Source: Gemmatimonadota bacterium (lineage in GTDB: Bacteria; Gemmatimonadota; Gemmatimonadetes; Gemmatimonadales; GWC2-71-9). Taken from it: a stretch of 64,000 nt of DNA. The position numbers were made by a program, and so were the translations under genes. The number at the start of each line of letters is the position of its first letter. Position 1 is the stretch's first letter. The notes under the pieces are model-generated. The model made no database searches. It was not told the origin of the DNA and saw only the letters and a list, made by a program, of their open reading frames with translations. This document shows positions 18,169 to 26,829 of the stretch, piece by piece. The stretch lies in NCBI GenBank assembly GCA_003222085.1, contig QHUK01000048.1, positions 1,460 through 65,459 on the forward strand, read 5' to 3'.

Positions 18169-19409
18169 GTCTCGTGCCGCAGGGCGGCGATCGGATCGAG
18201 CCGCGCGGCGCGGCTCGCTGGGTACACGCCGGCGACGACCCCCACGCCGGCGCCGAGCACGACGCCGACGAAGATCGACCAGGGCGCGACGGCGGCGGGG
18301 ACCGGGGTCAGCGCCGCCACCGCGCTCGCCAGTCCGATGCCCAGGACGACGCCCCCGGCGGCCCCCGCCGTGGCGAGCGCCGTGGCCTCGACCAGGAACT
18401 GTCGCAGAATGTCGCGTCGCCGGGCGCCCAGCGACTTGCGAATCCCGATCTCGCGGGTCCGCTCGGCCACCGCCATCAGCATGATGTTCATGATGACGAT
18501 GCCCCCCACGACGAGCGACACGGCCACGAGGCCCGGCAGCGCCACGAACAGGACACGGCTGATCTTCCCCCAGAAATCCAGCACCTCGTCAGCGGTTTCC
18601 AGGGCGAAATCGTCGGCCTGGCGCGGCCGCAAGTGGCGCCGGTTGCGCATGATCGCCTCGGCTTGCGCCATCGCCGCGCGCATCTCCGGCTGCGAGCGTG
18701 CCTTCATCGCCACGGCGTCCACCACTCGCGGTTCGCCGACGTAACGCTTGAGCGGGGCGCTCGCCGGGGCCACCGCGAACTTGTCGAGCGACAAGCCGAA
18801 CAGGTTGCCCTGTTTCTCGACCACGCCGATCACCCGGTAAGGAAGGCCGAAGACCCTCACCTCGCGGCCGATCGGATCCTGACCCTCGAACAGCTTGTCG
18901 GCCAACTCGTGCCCCAGCACGAGCACGGGCACTCCGGCTTGAACTTCCTGTCCAGTGAAGGGGCGGCCCTGCTCGACGGGGAGAGCACGGATGTCGAAGT
19001 AGAGCTCGGTCGCCGCGGTGACCTCCACATCCTTTGCTTGCTTGCGCCCGGCCACGAGCGTGGTGCGGGTGCTCGACTCCCACGCGGCGAGCACCGGGAC
19101 GGTCACGCCGCGCATCACGGCTTGCGCATCTTCGTAGCTCACTCGAGGTCGGCGGCGCCACACCCGCCACGTCGAGTCGGTCACATTGCCGAGCTGCACG
19201 TCGGGGAACTGCCGCAAACGGAACGTATTCACGCCGAGGAGCGTCCCGGCGAACTTGTCGGTCATGTAGCGATTCATCCCTTGCACGACCGACACCACCG
19301 CGATGAGAAACATCACGCCGATGAACACGCCGATGATCGAGAAGGCACTCTTGAGCTTTTGGGCTCGGATGGTCTGCAGCGCGAGCCGCACGGCCTCCCA
19401 GAACGCCAC
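18165..19409 (-). CDS. MacB/FtsX-type ABC permease (type A, copy 2)
   Basis: RLALQTIRAQKLKS; GGIVIMNIMLMAVAERTREIG; LDPIAALRHE. Confidence 0.93.
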   Translation of the reverse strand: MAFWEAVRLALQTIRAQKLKSAFSIIGVFIGVMFLIAVVSVVQGMNRYMTDKFAGTLLGVNTFRLRQFPDVQLGNVTDSTWRVWRRRPRVSYEDAQAVMRGVTVPVLAAWESSTRTTLVAGRKQAKDVEVTAATELYFDIRALPVEQGRPFTGQEVQAGVPVLVLGHELADKLFEGQDPIGREVRVFGLPYRVIGVVEKQGNLFGLSLDKFAVAPASAPLKRYVGEPRVVDAVAMKARSQPEMRAAMAQAEAIMRNRRHLRPRQADDFALETADEVLDFWGKISRVLFVALPGLVAVSLVVGGIVIMNIMLMAVAERTREIGIRKSLGARRRDILRQFLVEATALATAGAAGGVVLGIGLASAVAALTPVPAAVAPWSIFVGVVLGAGVGVVAGVYPASRAARLDPIAALRHET

Positions 19410-20639
19410 CTATTCGTAGCGCAGCGCCTCGACGGGGTCGAGACGCGACGCCTTGCTCGCGGGATAGATGCCGAACAGCAGGCCGGTGACGGCGGCGGCG
19501 CCCAGGGCGAGCACGACGGAGCCGAGCGGCACGTACGCGGGAACCGGCGTGGCGCCGGCGAGCACCAGCGAAATGAGCCAGCCCACGATCATGCCGATCA
19601 CCCCGCCGACCAGCGTCAGGGTCGCCGCCTCGACCAGAAACTGCCATAGGATCTCGCGCCGCGTGGCGCCCAGCGCCTTGCGCACGCCGATTTCCCGAGT
19701 GCGCTCCGTCACCGAAATCATCATGATGGCGACGACCCCGATGCCCCCGACCATCAGGCCCACCATCGAGAGCGCGATCATCAGCACCCGCGCCACCAGC
19801 GTGAAGCTGTTGATGGCCTTCACGTAGACTTCCTGCGTGACCGCATCGAAGTTGTTCCGCTGCCCCGGCCGGAGCCCACGCATCGTCCGCAGGGCCATGG
19901 TGACGTCGTCCATCGCGCGCTCGACGGAGACCGAATCCTGGGGGACGACGAACATGTCCATCCAGCCTCGCCAGTACTGCAGGTCCTTGGTGAACGTCCC
20001 GTGCGGGATCATGGCCTGAGGCTGGTCGTCCCCGCCGAACAGGTGGGGCGGCGGGTCGTACACGCCGATCACGTCGTACGGCACGCCGCTGATCTTGATG
20101 CGCCGCGCCATCGGGTCGCGTTGGCCGAACAGGTTCTCGGCGAGCTTGGTGTTGACGACCGCGACGTGGCTGTTGGCGGCGTCTTCGACGTGCGAGAACG
20201 AGCGACCGGGGTGGATATGCCCGCCTTCGATCTTCGGCCAGTCGGCGTTGCGGCCCCGGATGCTGATGGCCGCCATGCGGTGGCCTTCGAAGTCGATGTC
20301 CGCCGCAGTGTTCTCGTCCACGACCACGAAGGCGACCGAGGGCAGTTGCCCGAGGCGGGCGGCTTCTTCCATGGTCAGCGGCGGACGCCGACGCCACGGA
20401 TCCGGGTCTTCCGGATCCACGTCGCCCTGCCCACCCCAATAGCGCCCCACCCAGAACGTCTTCGGGCCGAGCGAGGAGAGCATGTCGGAGATGCCCTTGT
20501 TGAACCCGCTGATCAGCGCCCCGATGACCATCACGACCGTGACCCCGATGGCGACGCCCAGGATCGTGAGCGCCGCGCGCATCTTGTGGGCCCGCAGTGA
20601 CGTGAGGGCGATGCCGACGCCTTCGAACAGAGCGGTCAC
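19410..20639 (-). CDS. MacB/FtsX-type ABC permease (type B, copy 1)
   Basis: MTALFEGVGIAL...RAALTILGVAIG; GVVAIMMISVTERTREIG; LDPVEALRYE. Confidence 0.93.
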   Translation of the reverse strand: MTALFEGVGIALTSLRAHKMRAALTILGVAIGVTVVMVIGALISGFNKGISDMLSSLGPKTFWVGRYWGGQGDVDPEDPDPWRRRPPLTMEEAARLGQLPSVAFVVVDENTAADIDFEGHRMAAISIRGRNADWPKIEGGHIHPGRSFSHVEDAANSHVAVVNTKLAENLFGQRDPMARRIKISGVPYDVIGVYDPPPHLFGGDDQPQAMIPHGTFTKDLQYWRGWMDMFVVPQDSVSVERAMDDVTMALRTMRGLRPGQRNNFDAVTQEVYVKAINSFTLVARVLMIALSMVGLMVGGIGVVAIMMISVTERTREIGVRKALGATRREILWQFLVEAATLTLVGGVIGMIVGWLISLVLAGATPVPAYVPLGSVVLALGAAAVTGLLFGIYPASKASRLDPVEALRYE

Positions 20640-20642
20640 GCG

Positions 20643-21881
20643 CTACTCCTGGCGCAACGCCGCAATGGGGTCGAGTCGTGCGGCGCGGCTGGCCGGATAG
20701 ACGCCGGCGACGACGCCGACGCCCGCGCCCATCACCACGCCCAGCACGACCGACAGCGGCGACACGGTGGCGGGGAGCGGGCTCGCCGCGTTGATCAGCA
20801 ACGTGAGTCCGATGCCGGCGACGATCCCGAACGCCGCGCCGACGGTGGCGATGGCGGCCGATTCGGCCAGGAACTGCCGCAGCACGTCCCGGCGCCGCGC
20901 GCCGAGCGCCTTCCGCAACCCGATCTCGCGGGTCCGCTCCGCGACGGACATGAGCATGATGTTCATGATCACGATCCCGCCGATCACGAGCGACACCACC
21001 ACGATATTCGGCAGGACCACGACCAGGATCCGGCTGATCCCGGCCCAGAACCGTTGCACCCCCTCGGACGTGTCGAGCACGAAGTTGTTGTCCTGGTTGG
21101 GGCGCAGGTGCCGGCGGCTGCGCATGACCCCCTCCGCCACCTCCATGGCCTCGCGCATCTCGATCTCGGACTGCGCCTTCACGAGAAAGGCGTCCAGCAC
21201 GCCGGGCGGGTTCACGAGGTTCTGGGCAGGGGAGAGGGCCGGCACGACCACGAAGCGGTCGAGCGGGAATCCGAGGATGCTGCCCTGCTTCTCCACCACG
21301 CCGATGACCCGATAGGCGATCCCACCGATCCGCACGCTGCGCTCGAGCGGAGTCCGATCGACGAACAACCGCTTGGCCACCGCGTCGCCCAGGACGGCCA
21401 CGGGCACGCCGGAGCGGTTTTCCTGGGCGGTGAACGGTCGGCCCAGGGCGAGCCGCAGGTTCTTGATGTCGAAGTAGCGCTCACTGGCAGTGGTGAGCTC
21501 GATATCGCGCGCTTCCTTGCCGCCGTAAAAGACGGAGACGTTCTCGCTCGACTGCCAGGCCGTGACCACGGGCATGGTGAGGGCGGCGCTCACCGCCTCC
21601 GCGTCGCTGAACTTGATGCGGGGGCGCCGCCACCACGCGCGCCACACCGAGTCGGGCACGTTCGGCGTGAACATCGGGCGCCGCCGCAGCTGAAACGTGT
21701 TCACCCCGAAGAGCGTCTGGGCGAACTTCTCGGTCATGTAGCGGTTCACCCCGTTCACGATCGACCACGCGGCGATGAGCGAGGCCACGCCGATGAACAC
21801 ACCGAGCAGCGAGAAGCCGCTCTTCAACTTCTGGGCACGAATGGTTTGGAGTGCGAGCCGGAGCGCTTCAAAGACCGGCAT
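20643..21881 (-). CDS. MacB/FtsX-type ABC permease (type A, copy 1)
   Basis: RLALQTIRAQKLKS; GGIVIMNIMLMSVAERTREIG; LDPIAALRQE. Confidence 0.93.
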   Translation of the reverse strand: MPVFEALRLALQTIRAQKLKSGFSLLGVFIGVASLIAAWSIVNGVNRYMTEKFAQTLFGVNTFQLRRRPMFTPNVPDSVWRAWWRRPRIKFSDAEAVSAALTMPVVTAWQSSENVSVFYGGKEARDIELTTASERYFDIKNLRLALGRPFTAQENRSGVPVAVLGDAVAKRLFVDRTPLERSVRIGGIAYRVIGVVEKQGSILGFPLDRFVVVPALSPAQNLVNPPGVLDAFLVKAQSEIEMREAMEVAEGVMRSRRHLRPNQDNNFVLDTSEGVQRFWAGISRILVVVLPNIVVVSLVIGGIVIMNIMLMSVAERTREIGLRKALGARRRDVLRQFLAESAAIATVGAAFGIVAGIGLTLLINAASPLPATVSPLSVVLGVVMGAGVGVVAGVYPASRAARLDPIAALRQE

Positions 21882-22619
21882 TCAGGCGGCCTGGCGCTGG
21901 TCCGTGGCGATCAACCCGTCGCGCAACGTCACGACCCGGGCGGCATGCGCCGCGATGTCGTGCTCGTGCGTCACCATCACGATCGTCTGGCCCTGGCGGT
22001 GCAGCTCCGCGAACACCTGCATGATCTCGCCGCTGGTCGTGGAATCGAGGTTCCCGGTGGGCTCGTCCGCGAGCAGGATCGAGGGCTCGTTGACCAGCGC
22101 TCGGGCGATGGCCACCCGCTGGCGCTGCCCGCCCGACAGCTCGTTCGGCCGGTGCTCCATCCGGTCGGCGAGGCCCACGCGCTCGAGGGCGTGCACCGCC
22201 CGGGCGCGCCGCTCCCGCGCGCCGTGCCCGGCGTAGATGAGGGGCAGCTCCACGTTGTGCAGTGCCGTGGCGCGCGGCAGCAGGTTGAACGTCTGGAACA
22301 CGAACCCGATTTCCTTGTTGCGGATGCGGGCGAGCGCATCGTCGTCCAGGTCGGAGACTTTTTGGGTATTGAGCCAGTACTCGCCGGCAGTGGGCGTGTC
22401 GAGGCAGCCGATCAGGTTCATGAGGGTGGACTTGCCCGACCCCGAGGGACCCATGACGGCCACGTACTCGTTCTTCCTGATCTGCAGGCTCACGCCCTGC
22501 AGCGCGCGTACCACCTCGCCCCCCATGTCGTATGCCCGCGTCAGCTTGTGCGTCAGGATGACGATGTCGGGCAGCGGTGTGTCCCCGGTCCGGAACGCCT
22601 GGAGCGCGGGCGCCGTCAT
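21882..22619 (-). CDS. ABC transporter ATP-binding protein (MacB/LolD-type)
   Basis: Walker [47 protein letters not shown]. Confidence 0.95.
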   Translation of the reverse strand: MTAPALQAFRTGDTPLPDIVILTHKLTRAYDMGGEVVRALQGVSLQIRKNEYVAVMGPSGSGKSTLMNLIGCLDTPTAGEYWLNTQKVSDLDDDALARIRNKEIGFVFQTFNLLPRATALHNVELPLIYAGHGARERRARAVHALERVGLADRMEHRPNELSGGQRQRVAIARALVNEPSILLADEPTGNLDSTTSGEIMQVFAELHRQGQTIVMVTHEHDIAAHAARVVTLRDGLIATDQRQAA

Positions 22620-23890
22620 GGCGTGGCCTTCTTTTTCGCCGAGTCGGCCGACTGCTTCATGGCGCGCACCCGTGCGCCTTCCTTGAGATCGCGGATCGCC
22701 TGGTAGGGTCCCGCGACGATCGTCTCGCCGGGCTTGAGGCCGTCGGTCACCTCGAAGTATTCGTCCCCGGCGATCCCGACCTTCACCGGCCGGAAGGTCG
22801 CCATCCCGTCCTTCACGACGAACACGCCCTCGGTCTCCTTCTTCTTCCGGGCGGCGGTCGTGTCCGCCGGGCGACGCTCGGGCGCCCCCGGCTTGCTCTC
22901 GCGCACCGTCAGCGAGATGATCGGGATCGACAACGCCTGTTTGCGCGTATCGGTGACGATCCGCGCCGTGGCGGACAGATCGGGGCGGATGTCGGCGGGC
23001 GGCTTGTCGAGCGTGATCTCGACCTCGTAATCCACCGCTCGGTCGCTTTGGCCGGTCGCGGCCGTGGTTGCGTCACGCACGCTCGAGTTGGAGACCTTGG
23101 TCACGCGGCCGATGAAGGCCGTATCCGGAAACGCGTCGATCGAGACCTCGACGGAGTCGCCGAGGTGCACCCGGACCACGTCCGTCTCGTCCACCTTCAC
23201 CTTGGCCTGGATCACGGACAGGTCGGACACGGTCAACAGCAGGCCGATGTCCTTGGAAAAGGTGCTCGGCACCGCCACCTCACCTTCCTCTACCGCCAGC
23301 CGCGTCACCCGGCCCGTCATCGGAGCGATGAGCGTCGTCTTGCGGAGATTGTCGCGCGCCGATTGCACCGCGGCCCGCGCCTGGTCCACCTGGTGCTGCG
23401 CGGCATTCAGGTTGGCCTCGGCGACGTCGAACGCCGTCTGCGCCTGCTCGAGCTGCTCCGTGGAGATCAGGTTCGGGCTCTGAGTGTGGAGCTCCTTGGT
23501 GCGCCGGAGGGCGCGCTCGGACTGGTCCAGGTTCGCCTTGGCCTGTACCGCCGCCGCTTGCGCCGACGCCATGGTGGCCGCGGCCTGCTGCAGGTTCGCC
23601 TCGTAGATCGTCGGGTCGATCTGGATCAGGAACTGGCCCTGCTTCACCGGGTCGCCTTCGCGCACCGCGATCTTCGTGATGCGTCCCGTGATGTCGGCCG
23701 AGACGTCGACCTTCTTCTTGGGCTGGATCTTGCCGCTCGCGGTCACGGCGGCGACGAGGTCGCGCCGGCCCGCGGTCTCGAACCGCACCTCCTGGCCGCG
23801 GTCCCGTCGCGCGGCGGCGCTGATCGCCACGATCGCGACGATGAGGACCGCGGCACCCGCACCCACCAGCACTTTGCTCCGTTTGGACAT
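22616..23890 (-). CDS. Periplasmic adaptor (MacA/HlyD family membrane fusion protein)
   Basis: N-terminal TM, VTASGKI...VSADITGRI...[11 protein letters not shown] lipoyl half, coiled coil, [15 protein letters not shown]. Confidence 0.93.
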   Translation of the reverse strand: MSKRSKVLVGAGAAVLIVAIVAISAAARRDRGQEVRFETAGRRDLVAAVTASGKIQPKKKVDVSADITGRITKIAVREGDPVKQGQFLIQIDPTIYEANLQQAAATMASAQAAAVQAKANLDQSERALRRTKELHTQSPNLISTEQLEQAQTAFDVAEANLNAAQHQVDQARAAVQSARDNLRKTTLIAPMTGRVTRLAVEEGEVAVPSTFSKDIGLLLTVSDLSVIQAKVKVDETDVVRVHLGDSVEVSIDAFPDTAFIGRVTKVSNSSVRDATTAATGQSDRAVDYEVEITLDKPPADIRPDLSATARIVTDTRKQALSIPIISLTVRESKPGAPERRPADTTAARKKKETEGVFVVKDGMATFRPVKVGIAGDEYFEVTDGLKPGETIVAGPYQAIRDLKEGARVRAMKQSADSAKKKATP

Positions 23891-23908
23891 GGCGGTCGGA
23901 TCCTCCGG

Positions 23909-25402
23909 TTACCGCAGCGGCCGGCCGACCGCGGCTTCGAGCGCGGCCAGCGCCTTGTGATAGTCGTACACGGCGTTGATGTAATCGGTCTCGGCCCGCA
24001 GCGCCGCGACCTGGGCATCGAGCAGCTCGAAGAACGTCCCCGAGCCGACGCGGTAGCGCTCCGTGGCGAGCTGCAGCTGCTCGCGCGCCGCCGTGCGGTT
24101 GGTATCCTGAATGGCGATCGTCTGAAACGCCGTCTCGAGGGTCAGGTACGCCTGGCTCACGTCGGTCTGCACTTGGAGCCCGCGCGCCCGCACCGATTCC
24201 TGGAGGTCCTGCTGCTGGGCCTTGGCCTGCGAAACCAGCAGCGGTTGGTGAAAATTGCCCCACAGGGGGATCGTGACGGTGAGCCGCGCCTGGAACGGCT
24301 GCGGGGTGAAATGGAAGGGATAGCGGCCGTTCTGGTCGCGGAGCGCCTGCTCCGTGCCGGGACTGAAGGCGTACTGCGTGCAGTCGAGCAGCGGCTGCCC
24401 GGACCCGGTGTTGAACCAGGCGCTGTTCGCGTATGCGCACGTGGCCGAGTCCGCCGCCGCACTGGCGCGCGCTCCCGCGATGGTGGGATTGATGTCGGAC
24501 AGCTTCTGCGTAAACCCGGACCAGCCGGCCGACAGCGCCACCGACGGACCCCAGCTCGAGGAAGCCGCCTTCACGCCCCACCCCGCGGCACGCTCGCGCT
24601 CCCGCAGCGCCTTGAGCGAGGGGTTCTCCTGCTCGGCCATCCGGAGCAGGTCGCTCAACTGCCAGGTCGGGGTCTGAACACTGAACGTGTCGGTGAGCTG
24701 CACCGTCCCGAGGTCCACCGGCGCCGACACGCCGATCTGCTGGAACAGCCGCAGCTTCTCGACCTGCACCGCGGTGCGCGCGCGCAGCAGCGATACCTCC
24801 GCCGCGCCGCGCGCCACCTGGGCCTGCCGCACGTCGATGAGGGACGCGCGCCCAACGTCGTAGCGCGCCTGCGCGAGCTTCAGGAACTGCTCGTCGTGCT
24901 GCAGCTGCTGCTGAGCCACCTCGGCGTTGTCCCGCGCCTGCAGCACCGTCAGGTACTGCTGGCGTACGGCCGTCACGAGATTCGTCTCGGCGCCGACGAC
25001 GTCCGCCTGCGCCGCGTTCAACTCCGCCTTCTTGAGCCCCGGCTGACTGAGCGTCTGTCCGTTCAGCGTCCAGTCGAGGAAGAAGTTGTAGTTCGAGGAC
25101 CACGTCGAAACGCTCTGCGAGAAGCTCGAGGTCAGGAAGTTCTGCTCGCCGGGGCCGGCGTAGGCGACGCCGCCCGATGCGGTCACGCTGGGGAGCCACA
25201 GACTCGACCAGGCGTTCCGTACGCCCCACGCCGCCGGCGACCGGTCGTGTATGGTCTGCTGGTAGGCGGGGTTATGCTGCCGGGCGAGCGCGATGGCGTC
25301 GGCGAGAGAGAGGGTTGCAGGGACGGGTTGCTGGCAGAAGGCGAGGGTTGGGCAGACGACGAGCCCGACGGACAAGAGCAAAGGCTTCATGAGCTTCCTC
25401 AT
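23909..25402 (-). CDS. TolC family outer membrane efflux protein
   Basis: Signal peptide; LSLADAIALARQHNP; twin ARYDVG/ERYRVG repeats; ends LEAAVGRPLR. Confidence 0.92.
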   Translation of the reverse strand: MRKLMKPLLLSVGLVVCPTLAFCQQPVPATLSLADAIALARQHNPAYQQTIHDRSPAAWGVRNAWSSLWLPSVTASGGVAYAGPGEQNFLTSSFSQSVSTWSSNYNFFLDWTLNGQTLSQPGLKKAELNAAQADVVGAETNLVTAVRQQYLTVLQARDNAEVAQQQLQHDEQFLKLAQARYDVGRASLIDVRQAQVARGAAEVSLLRARTAVQVEKLRLFQQIGVSAPVDLGTVQLTDTFSVQTPTWQLSDLLRMAEQENPSLKALRERERAAGWGVKAASSSWGPSVALSAGWSGFTQKLSDINPTIAGARASAAADSATCAYANSAWFNTGSGQPLLDCTQYAFSPGTEQALRDQNGRYPFHFTPQPFQARLTVTIPLWGNFHQPLLVSQAKAQQQDLQESVRARGLQVQTDVSQAYLTLETAFQTIAIQDTNRTAAREQLQLATERYRVGSGTFFELLDAQVAALRAETDYINAVYDYHKALAALEAAVGRPLR

Positions 25403-25447
25403 ACGCGGCGCGCCCGCTGCTGGTTTCGAGACGCGACGAATGTAACC

Positions 25448-26113
25448 TCAGGACGCAGGGGCCCGCTCGGCGACGAGCCGTCGCGACGGCACTTCGACCT
25501 TCGCGAGCCGACCGTCGGCCCCGAGCCAGAGATGCACCAGGCGGTTCTCACCGCCCGTTACCGTGATGTGCCGCAGGGCCGCCGGGTCGTGGTTCAAGGT
25601 CGTGGACTGGATGCCGAGGTCCTGCACGGTCAGGAGCTCCCGCCGCCCGGCGCGCGGGAAGACGGCCGTGACCGTCACCGGCCGGGGGCGTCCCTGCCAG
25701 GCGACGGGAAGGTAGAGCGCGAACACCGAGTCGTCGACCACCGCCGCGGGAGGCGGAAGAGGAAACTCGCGGGCCCGCTCGGTGCGGCGGCCCAACAGCC
25801 GGACGACCAACCGCCCGCGCGTGAGCTGCCCGAGGATCCGCATGGGCTCGCGCGGGTCGGCGACCGTGTATTCCAGGCTGACCGGGCTCGAATCGGGGCC
25901 GAGCTCGAGGATCGGATCGAGCACCACCACCGGGCGGCTGCGATCGTAGCGGATGGTCGTGGCGAGCGTCCAGCGGGTCACCCCGGTGCCGGTGCGCACC
26001 GCCGTGAGGCGGAACGCCTCACGCGCGATCTCGACCGTGTCCTCACGGACGACGAGGGTGCCTTCGTCCACCGGGCTCTGGAGCAGGAGCAGCGCGAGCA
26101 GGAGCGCGGTCAC
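25448..26113 (-). CDS. Hypothetical secreted beta-rich protein
   Basis: Short signal MTALLLALLLLQ; start overlaps the creatininase-family stop (GTGA). Confidence 0.7.
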   Translation of the reverse strand: MTALLLALLLLQSPVDEGTLVVREDTVEIAREAFRLTAVRTGTGVTRWTLATTIRYDRSRPVVVLDPILELGPDSSPVSLEYTVADPREPMRILGQLTRGRLVVRLLGRRTERAREFPLPPPAAVVDDSVFALYLPVAWQGRPRPVTVTAVFPRAGRRELLTVQDLGIQSTTLNHDPAALRHITVTGGENRLVHLWLGADGRLAKVEVPSRRLVAERAPAS

Positions 26114-26829
26114 GAGACGGGCACTCCGAGCACTCGCGTCGCGACGCGGTCGTAAATCATCTTATAGAGCCGTTCGCCCTTGTCCCGCGTCGCGATCGAT
26201 GGCCGTCCCAGCGATCCGGGAGAGCGCTTGGGGAGCGCCCCGGCGCTCGTGCGTAGGAAGCGGGTGCGCTGCTTCTCCGGGAGCACGAAGTCCTGGGCGC
26301 GCTCCATGCGGACGAGGTCTGGCGCGAGGTAGAGCAGCAGGGACGTGTCGAGCTCGCTGCCGTGCATCGGCCCGTCGGCGTCCTCGAGGTCGTCCGAGAA
26401 GTCGAGGGCGAATACGTCGACCGTGAAGATGCGGGCCTGGCGGGTGCGCAGGGTGGAGAGCGCCTCCTGGTGGGGGTCGTGGCCGTGGGCGGTCAGGATG
26501 ATGAAGCTTTCGACCCCCGCCTCCTCCCACGATCCGAGCAGGTCGTTCATCCAGCGGTGCAGCGTCTTGCGGCGGACCGAGGCGTTGCCGGGGAAGGGCC
26601 GCCTGGTGACCGTGTTGACCCCATATTCGATCGTCGGGGCGCGCAGGATCTCGAGCGCCCCGGAGAGGTCGTCGGCCAGGCGCTCGACGATGATGGTGTC
26701 GCAACCGAGCGGGAGGTGGGGGCCGTGCTGCTCGCACGTTCCCACCGGGACGAGGAGGCGGGCATCGCGCTCGAGAATGAAACGCACCTCGTCGGGGACG
26801 AGGGTCTTCAAGTGCAGCGGCGCGCTCAC
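26110..26829 (-). CDS. Creatininase/creatinine amidohydrolase family protein
   Basis: PVGTCEQHGPHLPLGCD, TAHGHD, MHGSELDTS, PDLVRMERA, ATRDKGERL; GTG start (alternative TTG at 26811). Confidence 0.85.
   Translation of the reverse strand: MSAPLHLKTLVPDEVRFILERDARLLVPVGTCEQHGPHLPLGCDTIIVERLADDLSGALEILRAPTIEYGVNTVTRRPFPGNASVRRKTLHRWMNDLLGSWEEAGVESFIILTAHGHDPHQEALSTLRTRQARIFTVDVFALDFSDDLEDADGPMHGSELDTSLLLYLAPDLVRMERAQDFVLPEKQRTRFLRTSAGALPKRSPGSLGRPSIATRDKGERLYKMIYDRVATRVLGVPVS

Noticed and set aside
22577-26155. 1192-aa plus-strand ORF and many other long antisense or alternate-frame ORFs (for example 18589-20439, 46271-48106)
   Set aside because: Arg/Gly/Ala-rich shadows of well-supported genes, expected at this GC content; no motifs.
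26362-26811. N-terminal extension of the kinase ORF to 1503 aa, and of the creatininase ORF to 674 aa
   Set aside because: Each extension is the antisense read of the other gene; not protein-like.
26110-26829. Mycofactocin or other RiPP cluster based on the creatininase-family gene
   Set aside because: No precursor peptide, RRE or SPASM radical SAM nearby; the only radical SAM in the window is RimO.
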